Shown one piece after another: positions 8,341-17,200 of a DNA stretch of 51,607 nt; the first letter of the stretch is position 1, and the number at the start of each line of letters is the position of its first letter. Source of the stretch: a virus. Taxonomy: Duplodnaviria; Caudoviricetes. Made by a program: the position numbers and the translations under genes. The stretch spans positions 1 to 51,607 of IMG/VR virus record IMGVR_UViG_3300020336_000010; one strand, given 5' to 3'. Below the pieces are notes generated by a model. That model had not been told where the DNA came from. It saw only the letters and a program-made list of their open reading frames with translations, and searched no databases.

Positions 8341-9102
8341 TTAAAACGGTACGTCTTCTTTAGATTCGGTACTTTCCTCACTAGTTTTTGCTTTTACGTC
8401 TCCGCTAGAACACGATATAGCAAAACTTTTTGCTGCCTCGTAAAGTGATTTGTCCTGTACTGGACCTTCTTTCTCTACACTCCAACCAAACCACGTTCCT
8501 TTGTCGTTTGATTGCTGGACAGTTTTCAGTCTATACAAATGACTGTAAGATGCTGGTGTAAACAAACCATTTTTACCTTCTAGTTTGATACCATTCATCA
8601 TTGAGTTCCATGTTCTACTAACTTTTAGTTGTGTAGATTTCATAGATATCAATGCTGTTCCCATCTTCTCGTCCATGACATAGTAAGACGCTGTGTTCTC
8701 TAAATAGTTACCGTTAGGTAATCTATCTTTCCAATCAGCTCCTCGCTTTGCCTGTTCAATAATGCCACTTGATACTGAATGAATCTGTACTGGGGCACTT
8801 GTACCCTGGCCACGATCTGACCACTCTACATACTCACGCTTGTAATAGCACGGCATCACCTTTATTCCTTCTTCACCATTATATGTCTGCTTCGTCACGG
8901 TATTGTAAATCATACCGGCTTCAGCGCCTTCAACATATTTAGAGTCATGCTTATTGATCTCCGGTGACAGTTGACCCAACACTCGTAAAAATGGTAAAGC
9001 AAAATCTTCTGCTCCCATTTCACTTGCGCCAACTAATGCGTCTGCTTCAAACATACTGCCCAACGCTACTGCAGTATTAGCTTTTTTTGCTACTTGGTTC
9101 AT
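8341..9102 (-). CDS. Putative single-stranded DNA-binding protein
   Basis: Replication-cluster position, aromatic-rich beta segments, acidic C-tail ending EDVPF; probable start MNQVAK at 9102. Confidence 0.7.
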   Translation of the reverse strand: MNQVAKKANTAVALGSMFEADALVGASEMGAEDFALPFLRVLGQLSPEINKHDSKYVEGAEAGMIYNTVTKQTYNGEEGIKVMPCYYKREYVEWSDRGQGTSAPVQIHSVSSGIIEQAKRGADWKDRLPNGNYLENTASYYVMDEKMGTALISMKSTQLKVSRTWNSMMNGIKLEGKNGLFTPASYSHLYRLKTVQQSNDKGTWFGWSVEKEGPVQDKSLYEAAKSFAISCSSGDVKAKTSEESTESKEDVPF

Positions 9103-9119
9103 GTTACGTTTCTCCTTTT

Positions 9120-9683
9120 TCATGATTTCCGGCTTATTTTGGTTTGATCTTTCACAAAAGTGTGAAAGTGTTCCGAGGGCATATCGAGGCCGGCCTCGAT
9201 ACGCTCCCGGTAGAGAGCTTTCAATGTCATCGGCTCAACTTTTTGTTTTTGGTTGGGCTGATAACCTTCTTGCTCTGCAAGGGACAACAATTCGTTAGCC
9301 CTTGTATCTTCTCCTTTACCAAAGACTACAGAAACTTCATTCTTGATGATGTCTCCTAATCCCTGGTCACGAAGCCATGTGTAAGCTGACTCAACGGAAT
9401 CTTTTTTAATCGTACAACTGTACGTTTTCTTTACGTCGACTCCTGATCCGTCAGCTAATTTCAAAGACGACAATCCCTGCTCCGCGAGCAAATTAGGAAT
9501 GATCTCTGAACTAATTTTGTCTGCTTGTTCTTTTAAATCTTTTAAAGTACGTTCGTGTGAACTAATATTATTTTCAATACGTGCTAAATCATTACAATAT
9601 TTAGCCAGCGTTGTTATGTCTGACTTCTCCATTAAATCTTGTTGATCCTGTTCCAAATCTTCTAAGATTAAATCATCGCTCAT
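9120..9683 (-). CDS. Conserved phage replication-region protein (coiled coil plus WLRDxGLGDIIK...VEPMTLKA)
   Basis: ORF with AGGAG RBS before MSDDL at 9683. Confidence 0.75.
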   Translation of the reverse strand: MSDDLILEDLEQDQQDLMEKSDITTLAKYCNDLARIENNISSHERTLKDLKEQADKISSEIIPNLLAEQGLSSLKLADGSGVDVKKTYSCTIKKDSVESAYTWLRDQGLGDIIKNEVSVVFGKGEDTRANELLSLAEQEGYQPNQKQKVEPMTLKALYRERIEAGLDMPSEHFHTFVKDQTKISRKS

Positions 9684-10092
9684 ATCGTTCTCCTTTATTA
9701 TGTAAATCAATACTCAATGGGTAATAAAGTCTTTCTCTTTTTTCCCACTTTAAAAAATTAAAACAACCATTGGTAATGTCAGATACAATAGCTGTAGATA
9801 ATCCTATGATTGCAGGATCGCCTGTACATAATATAAAATCATGTGGCTCAAAATCCTTTAAGTTCTTTTGCATTTTATGAATGAAAGGTCCTGTAGAAAA
9901 AATCATTTGTGAATTTTTTGGTAAACAAATTACTAAGTTACCATACTCTGCAGCACCTAAAATATTTATTGATTCTGGTGGGTGTTGTAATACATATACT
10001 AATGGAGCGTCTGGATTAACGTCCTTAAAATCTAAGAAGTCTGCAAGACTTCTACGATCATACAGTTCATACACTGTTAAATTCTTTGTCAT
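9673..10092 (-). CDS. Hypothetical protein (YVLQ...AAEYG...DFILCTGDP)
   Basis: 139 aa ORF, first gene after the divergent promoter. Confidence 0.75.
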   Translation of the reverse strand: MTKNLTVYELYDRRSLADFLDFKDVNPDAPLVYVLQHPPESINILGAAEYGNLVICLPKNSQMIFSTGPFIHKMQKNLKDFEPHDFILCTGDPAIIGLSTAIVSDITNGCFNFLKWEKRERLYYPLSIDLHNKGERYER

Positions 10093-10110
10093 TTTATTTC
10101 CTTCTTTAAT

Positions 10111-10151
10111 TCTTGACTTTTAATATAAGGATCCTTATATGTATGTCAAGA
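10111..10151. promoter_or_regulatory. Overlapping bidirectional sigma70-like promoters with a central 18-bp perfect palindrome
   Basis: TTGACT (+, 10113), TTGACA (-, 10149-10144), ATATAAGGATCCTTATAT at 10123-10140. Confidence 0.75.
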
Positions 10152-10169
10152 AAGAATATAAAATAAATT

Positions 10170-11624
10170 ATGATAGATAAGTATAAGTTCAAAACTAAAC
10201 CTTTTGAGCATCAAATGAAAGCCTTATATAAATGCTGGGCTCAAGAATCATATGCTTTATTTATGGACATGGGTACAGGAAAATCTAAGGTTTTAGTTGA
10301 CAACGTATCAATGTTATATGACAGAGGCGCGATCCGCGGTGCGTTAATCATTGCACCTAAAGGCGTGTATAAAATTTGGAGCGACAATGAAATACCGAAT
10401 CACATGCCGGACCACATTGAAAAAACTGTAGTGTCTTGGGATGCAGGTATAACTAAGAAAAAACAATTAGAACTTGATACTTTATTTGATGGTGAACATG
10501 ACCTTAAGGTATTGATTATGAACGTAGAAGCTTTCTCTACAAAGAAAGGTCTGGACTTTGCAGACAAATTCCTTAGCATATTTGGTGGAAGAGCTTTAAT
10601 AGGGATTGACGAATCTACAACGATCAAGAGTCCGACAGCTAAAAGAACAAAAAATATTTTAAAACTAGGGACCTCAGCGAAATACCGTAGAATCTTAACC
10701 GGCTCTCCCGTTACTAAATCCCCACTTGATTTGTACACTCAGTGTGCCTTTCTAGACCCTTATCATTTAGGTCATCAATCTTATTATTCTTTTAGAAATA
10801 GATATGCGCAAATGGTGCGTAGAACTTTTAGTGGTCGCAGTATTAATTTAGTTGTTGGTTACAAAAATATTGACGAGCTTACGGTTAAGCTTAAAGGGTT
10901 TTCTTATCGAGTTGCTAAAGAGGAATGTCTAGACCTACCTCCTAAAGTATATACTAAACGTGTTGTAGAATTAACTGACGAACAAAAAGATATGTACAAC
11001 ACTATGAAACGTGCAGCCATTGCGCAACACGAAGGCAAACTTATGACAACAGAATCTGCATTGACTACGTTAATGCGACTACATCAAATCACTTGCGGCA
11101 CGTTTAAAGCTGACGACGATACTATTACACCGATAAAAAATAACAGAGTGCAAGCTTTGCATGATTGTTTAGAAGAAGTGGACGGCAAGGTCATAATATG
11201 GGCAACTTACCGTGAAGACATCAGAAAAATAGTCGAATCTTTAAAAAAAGCTTACGGAGAAGACTCTACAGTCGAATATCACGGTGGGGTGGACCCTACC
11301 CATCGCCAGGAAGCAATTGCTCTATTTCAAGAGAAAAAGGGCCCTACACGCTATTTCGTCGGAAATGCACAGACGGGAGGGTACGGAATTACCTTAACTG
11401 CTGCAACGACAGTAATTTACTTTTCTAACAACTATGACTTAGAAAAAAGATTACAATCAGAAGACCGAGCGCATCGTATCGGCCAGACTGGCAGTGTTAC
11501 TTACGTGGATTTAGTCGCAGAAAAGACTATAGATGAGAAGATAATTAAAGCACTTAAAGAAAAGGTAGATTTAGCGAATGATGTTATGGTTGAGCAAGAT
11601 ATTAAAAAGTGGTTGGAGTTTTAG
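10170..11624 (+). CDS. SNF2-family (SF2) helicase
   Basis: MDMGTGKS, IDES, LTGSP, GGYGITLT, QSEDRAHRIGQ. Confidence 0.93.
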   Translation: MIDKYKFKTKPFEHQMKALYKCWAQESYALFMDMGTGKSKVLVDNVSMLYDRGAIRGALIIAPKGVYKIWSDNEIPNHMPDHIEKTVVSWDAGITKKKQLELDTLFDGEHDLKVLIMNVEAFSTKKGLDFADKFLSIFGGRALIGIDESTTIKSPTAKRTKNILKLGTSAKYRRILTGSPVTKSPLDLYTQCAFLDPYHLGHQSYYSFRNRYAQMVRRTFSGRSINLVVGYKNIDELTVKLKGFSYRVAKEECLDLPPKVYTKRVVELTDEQKDMYNTMKRAAIAQHEGKLMTTESALTTLMRLHQITCGTFKADDDTITPIKNNRVQALHDCLEEVDGKVIIWATYREDIRKIVESLKKAYGEDSTVEYHGGVDPTHRQEAIALFQEKKGPTRYFVGNAQTGGYGITLTAATTVIYFSNNYDLEKRLQSEDRAHRIGQTGSVTYVDLVAEKTIDEKIIKALKEKVDLANDVMVEQDIKKWLEF

Positions 11625-12082
11625 ACCGGCCAATATTCATATTGAGTTTTCCCATCTACTCTTTTTGCTATCAATCGTTCCCGTCTTGGTTGTGTTTTCG
11701 ATATTGAACAATGAACCCACCCTGAATTTGGATCGCCCTCATTATAAAACTCAAGTATCAATTGATCATAATCACAGTTTTCTTTAATCCACGTTGCGAG
11801 CTCCTTGTTGTCAACTCCAGGAATCTCAAAGTCTGCTGCCTCACCCTTGGCATGTTGTGACTTAGACGAAGAACCGATAGCCTCGCACAACTCTGGGCTG
11901 CGATAGCCTGAGGATATCATGACCGGTTTACCAAAATGATTTCTCACTGGTTGCAGGACGGTCTCCGCTAGGTGAATAAGATTTTCAACAGCGTCTGTCT
12001 CAGGTTTGTTATGAATACCTTTACGTTCTGCTGTTTGAGATTTAACTAGCTCTGCTAGTGAAAAATTATTTGATAGTTTCAT
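11621..12082 (-). CDS. Peptidase M15A endolysin
   Basis: NFSLAEL..S, SSGYRS, SQHAKGEAAD, WVHCS; start MKLSNN at 12082. Confidence 0.9.
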   Translation of the reverse strand: MKLSNNFSLAELVKSQTAERKGIHNKPETDAVENLIHLAETVLQPVRNHFGKPVMISSGYRSPELCEAIGSSSKSQHAKGEAADFEIPGVDNKELATWIKENCDYDQLILEFYNEGDPNSGWVHCSISKTQPRRERLIAKRVDGKTQYEYWPV

Positions 12083-12354
12083 TAACAATTCCATTTCTTT
12101 AAAGCCAAAGCTTTTCTTGTTGGTTTACCATTAGGTTTTTTCATAGGCCCTTTAACACCGCCCATACGTGCACAAAAAGATTTACGTCTCTTAGCTGCCT
12201 TAGAACCTTTTTTAAGTTTAGAAGGTTTAGTTGTGACTGCTGTCTTTAATTTACTGCCTGGATTTGCTCGACGATAAGATGCTACACCTTTAGCATTTAA
12301 TCCTCCCGTTTTGCTTTTACCTTCTTTTCTTGTCCAAGCGGGAGTCTTAGCCAT
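12082..12354 (-). CDS. Lys-rich basic virion-type protein
   Basis: MAKTPAWTRKEGK...RRKSFCARM...KALALKKWNC. Confidence 0.8.
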   Translation of the reverse strand: MAKTPAWTRKEGKSKTGGLNAKGVASYRRANPGSKLKTAVTTKPSKLKKGSKAAKRRKSFCARMGGVKGPMKKPNGKPTRKALALKKWNC

Positions 12355-13132
12355 TGTATTGCCCTGCATTGCCTGAAATCATTTGATCGATTTGTTGCTG
12401 TGCAGAAGCACCCCCTATGTTATTGTCTTGATTTAAATTAGTTACGCCCATTTGAGCATTACCGATACCACCGGTAGGCGTGCCTTGAACTGCTGATTGT
12501 AAGTAAGTTTCAGGCCCTTGGTTAAGAGTAATTGCCGGTCGTGGCCCAAAACCCTGATAGGGACCAGCTGGCCTGAGGGGTTGTCGACCAAATCCTCCAC
12601 CTTGAGGTGGACCAAAGTTAGTTTGCTCTCCTTCTCCTAGAAGAGTAATTGCCGCTTGTGGACCAAATCCTTCCGGTAATCTAAGCATGTTTCCCCCTTC
12701 GCCGCCTAAAAGACTACTAATATCAAAATCTCTGTCCGGACTTGGCAGTGCATTTATACCCAGATTGTCAGGAAGCACTTGTGTTGTTTCTCCCATAGGG
12801 TCACCTATAAACTCTCCACCAGGTCTAAAAGGTTGAGGTTGCATAATAGGAAAACCACCGCCACCACCAGGGAAACTAGGCTGTTGACCTCCTCCGCCTT
12901 CATTAGGAACTAAAACTTCTTGTGGAGTGTAACTACTACTTAAACTTTGTTTGATTGTATCAAACGCACCTTGCATAGCACTATCTAATTGATCAAACCC
13001 TGTCTGCACACTATCCATGATACCACCCATGGCACCACTACTATTACTAGGTTGTGTAGCACTAGCCAATGAACCTAACTTACCAAGGTTTCCTTGTGTT
13101 TGTTGAGGAAAGGCTAGCATGTTTTGAATCAT
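12347..13132 (-). CDS. Gly/Pro/Gln-rich low-complexity protein
   Basis: 261 aa; internal repeat GFGP(Q/R)(A/P)AITL; translationally coupled on both sides. Confidence 0.7.
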   Translation of the reverse strand: MIQNMLAFPQQTQGNLGKLGSLASATQPSNSSGAMGGIMDSVQTGFDQLDSAMQGAFDTIKQSLSSSYTPQEVLVPNEGGGGQQPSFPGGGGGFPIMQPQPFRPGGEFIGDPMGETTQVLPDNLGINALPSPDRDFDISSLLGGEGGNMLRLPEGFGPQAAITLLGEGEQTNFGPPQGGGFGRQPLRPAGPYQGFGPRPAITLNQGPETYLQSAVQGTPTGGIGNAQMGVTNLNQDNNIGGASAQQQIDQMISGNAGQYNG

Positions 13133-13305
13133 TAGCTTGTCTTCTTACTTGTTTTTTGACTTCGTTTAATAGCTGCTTCAGTAGGAGCGCCTTTAGCACC
13201 CTTCCTTCGCATTTTCTTTTTCTTTTTCTTCTTTTGGTTTATGTTATACCACAAACCTTTTTTAGCTACTCTACCATCTTTAGTTACGTGGGTATCTTTA
13301 GCCAT
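13132..13305 (-). CDS. 57 aa Lys-rich basic protein (not in ORF track)
   Basis: MAKDTHVTKDGRVAKKGLWYNINQKKKKKKKMRRKGAKGAPTEAAIKRSQKTSKKTS; TAATG coupling. Confidence 0.75.
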   Translation of the reverse strand: MAKDTHVTKDGRVAKKGLWYNINQKKKKKKKMRRKGAKGAPTEAAIKRSQKTSKKTS

Positions 13306-13504
13306 TTACTTTGCCGCCTCTCTTCATCCTTTTCTTCATCATACCGCCGCCCATAGCTTTAGTACGTTTCTTTTTCTTTTTCTTTTTTTTCATCATAGCA
13401 AAGTCAGCACCAGTAATTTTGCCGTCTTTGTTTTTGTCCAGTTTAGATTGTCCACCCTTAAGTGCACTACCGCCCCGTTTCATTCTTTTTTTCATGCCTC
13501 GCAT
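13298..13504 (-). CDS. Lys-rich mini protein with EF-hand-like loop and GG motifs
   Basis: DKNKDGKITGADF; KKRMKRGG twice; KAMGGG. Confidence 0.75.
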   Translation of the reverse strand: MRGMKKRMKRGGSALKGGQSKLDKNKDGKITGADFAMMKKKKKKKKRTKAMGGGMMKKRMKRGGKVNG

Positions 13505-14036
13505 AAGTATAACTCCTATAAGATTGTCGTTTTAAAACTGTGCCTTCATAATAGTCCTTAGGCCAGTGCTCATAATACCCAGTCTTACGCAAATTGTCAC
13601 TAGCTTTTTCTAATTCATCAAATTTTTGTACTAAAACCATCACAAATTCGTTGTCTGGTTCCCATTCATTTGTCTCTAAAAACTCAACCGGCTCGTCTTC
13701 TTCATCGTCGTAAGGGTGTGAGCCCATTAAATATATATTCTGCGGCACAAAAACCTTGTTTAAAGTGTCTATAACATAAGAAAGTTCTTCTACCGTGTAT
13801 TTTATGTCATCACAACAGGCTATAGCTATTTGTACTTCAGGTTCTTTAGCCAATTCTACACATTTTAAAATAGTATCTACATACTCTATGTGTTTGTGGC
13901 ATTCTAATATTCTGTAACTTTTCTTGATCCGGGCTTGCTTAGCGTATGGACAAACCGATACGTTGCCTAGATGTTTATTTTTTGGTTCTAAGTGTTGTTC
14001 TGACCATTGCAGAACATCTTCGGTCATTGACCGCAT
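13467..14036 (-). CDS. Hypothetical protein with CPYA motif (DUF1415-like)
   Basis: VCPYAKQAR...GSHP...LRKTGYYEHWP. Confidence 0.6.
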   Translation of the reverse strand: MRSMTEDVLQWSEQHLEPKNKHLGNVSVCPYAKQARIKKSYRILECHKHIEYVDTILKCVELAKEPEVQIAIACCDDIKYTVEELSYVIDTLNKVFVPQNIYLMGSHPYDDEEDEPVEFLETNEWEPDNEFVMVLVQKFDELEKASDNLRKTGYYEHWPKDYYEGTVLKRQSYRSYTYARHEKKNETGR

Positions 14037-14258
14037 TTATACCATTCCTAACAACGTCTCAATAAAAATTAATCCAACAGCCCCCACTGTAGATAAAACA
14101 ACCCAATAGATTTTGTCTATCTTGCCACCCAATTTTTCAACGTCTTTATGTACATGTTGTACGTCGTCTTTCAAATTGTTTAATTCTCGTTTCACCCCAG
14201 TTATGTGTCCTTGTATTGAAATTATATGTTCGCGTTCGGTTTGTGGTTCCATTTCCAT
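14037..14258 (-). CDS. Coiled-coil protein with C-terminal TM (possible lysis accessory)
   Basis: Heptad region followed by IYWVVLSTVGAVGLIFI. Confidence 0.65.
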   Translation of the reverse strand: MEMEPQTEREHIISIQGHITGVKRELNNLKDDVQHVHKDVEKLGGKIDKIYWVVLSTVGAVGLIFIETLLGMV

Positions 14259-17200
14259 TAGATTTTACCTCTCTGGCTGCGACGATAGAACCGATCACTT
14301 GGCGATAATAAAGCTTCCTCGTTTCTTGTCAATCCAGTTTGATTATTTACTTGTTGGTTGTTAGCACCAACAACAGTTTGTTTAGGAGCAGCAGCGATTT
14401 GTGTGTCTGCAAAATCAGAAGTATCTAATGGTGCTACTGGTATGTCTGGTGTAGGCGGTGTAGGTGTTTGACTAATAAAGTCAAGGTCCAATGGTATTTC
14501 ATCTAAAGGTGGTCGTGCTGGATCTAAGAAATCTTCAAAACGTCTGTATTTAAATTCATCAATAACTTCTAATAAATCGTAATATGGATAAAGATCTTCG
14601 TAGTTCACATCAATGCCTCTTGCTTCGTATTCTTCTACTAGGTCGTTAGCTCTTTTCTTTAAACCATCTTTACTAAACGAAACAGGTGTAAACTCTCCAT
14701 CCATTAATTTTTTTAAGTTAGGAACATTACGTCCTTTTTTACCTAGCACAGATTTGATTTGTTCTTCAGTTAACAACCCTGAAGCTAAAGATTTATGAAA
14801 CATTTTCCATATACCAAACTGTGCTACAAAAGCTTCTTCTTGAATATCTCTAAGCTCGTTGGCCATCACATGACCAACTTGTCGACCTTTTTCATCTAAA
14901 ATAGGACCACGTGATAACGCGTTCTCTTTACTAAAGAAAGCTTCTGTTTGAAACGCAGCTCCTCTAATTTGTCTTATATCAATAGCTTTATAATCTAGCG
15001 CTGTTACCGGATCAACATTCATAATAGAACCACCCATTAATCTAATTAACACGTCACCCAATTCCATAACTCTACCACTTTTAGTATCTAAAGTTAAAGC
15101 ACCGTACAGTTGTGTACCAGAACGTATAAATCCTGGCGCAATTGTCTCAAACACGTGGTAAATAGCTTTTTCTCGTTTGTCCGACGGTGAATCTAAGGGA
15201 CTGAATATTTTTCTGCCGTCCCTACTTACGCCGTTACGTGCAAAAATATCCATGATAGGCTCTAATGCAATTGTCTCACTAATAAAAGGATCTAATAATT
15301 TCATAAAAGATCCACCAGCATCAAAGAAACGACGGTCTAATTCTGAGTCTACTCGCGCTGGATCTAATCGTGTTGAACCTAGCTCTCGTATAAACTGTTC
15401 AACAGGTCCAACTAAATAGTTATATGGATTATATGTAGAAGCATCAAAAACTTTAAACGTGCCATCTTCATTTTGTTTAGTAATAGGTATTAAAATATGA
15501 TCATCAATAAAGCTTGGACCCAAGTCATCTTGGTATGCCCTAAGTTTGTCTTCGCCAACACCTGTCATTTTAGATGCTAATTTTTGTGCACCGTGGTTAA
15601 AACCATACAACGTTGTAAATTGTCCCATCAATGCTCTATAACCCATAGCTTGTAATCCTGGATTACCAGAACCAATCATTTTCATTGCAGAAGATGTAGT
15701 TGCAAGCGATGTTCTAATCATTTCAGCTGGGAAAGATATAAAGTTACCCATTGGTAATTTTCTTAATGCTTGTATTGCAGGTGGTACACGACTGTATGTC
15801 GGGTATGTTTCTCTTAATAAATGGGCTGCCATTTCTTCTATGCCTTCAGCCAGCGTTTTTTTAACGCCATTTTTCATAGGCTCCCATTCACGACCAACTT
15901 GTGTTCTAAAGAAATTAGAAACATCATCTAATGTTTTGGTAAATTGTTTTAATTCTGACATGTAAAACTCATGACCATATGCTTTCCACACGTTATCACC
16001 ACCAGCATACAAACGTTGTACAGTTTGTGATAATTTAGCGTCACCTATTCGTTGAGTAAAGTTGTTAAAACTACTAATAACTGGTTTACCGTCTTTACCA
16101 ATTACACCTTTTAAATCTCTAAGCACACCACCAAGTTCTTGTGCAACAACGTTCTCGTCTAATACACCTAACTCAATCTTTCTTTCAATAAACTTTATTA
16201 AATCAGATTGATTTACATTTGGACCAGAACCAAAAATATCATCTAACATTATTTTAAAGTTTTGTGTTACGCTAGTTTTGCCACCAATGTGTCCTACGTT
16301 CATAGCAAATAAACCAGCAGAACCAAAGTTACGCATTTGCGTAGCAGGAGAGTAAAGTGTCTTACCTCCCTGTACCACTGCTTTAAAAGCTAATAAGTTT
16401 TGATAGAATTTGTATTTTAACATTGAGTCAAAAACACTGTAACCAGATAATTGTTTTATTATTTCTGGAGTGCCATGCAATCCAAGTACATCTGAAGGTA
16501 AAAAACCTGCTCCTTTAATATCTCCAACGGGAACAGAATTAAATATTTTACCTTTAGTTAAAGCATCTTCTGCTGAATTAAATAACCAACCATTTTCTAG
16601 CCCTAGTTTTGCTATTCTATCTAAAGCTTGTTTTTGTTGCGTACTAGCAATAACATTACCAGTTGTTTGCATTAAACTGTTTTTAAGATTTTTTTCTTCT
16701 CCCATTAATTTTCTAATAACTGCTGGTAGTTCTTGCCCGGTAAATATTTCTAAAGGATCAACAAGACCTTTAGCTCCAGATGCTTCTAGTTTACTTGTTA
16801 TTTTTCTAAACGCTCTAATAGGATCTTCCATTTCATATCTTGCTACATGCATTAAGTCAGCTACTTTAAGTTCTGCTAAACTGTTAATTGCTTCATCAAG
16901 ATTTTTAGCGTTAGGAAAAGCTACTTTAGCTTCCGCTTGTAGCGAAGTGTCTTGTTTAATAAAGTTAGCAACATAATCTCTAGCTGCTTTAACATTTTCA
17001 GCACCAGGTCTAAAGTTAGAATTTGTAAATGCAGCAAAAGATCGTTTCATTTGACTATCTATGTCTTGAGTTAATAAATTTTTAAGTTTATCTCCATCAG
17101 GTAACAAATCTTTAAACTCAGTCATTAATTTTCTGTAGTATTCTTTAAGTTCTAACGCTGCGTCTCTTAACGGTGGATCTATGTTTTCTATTTTTTTGTT

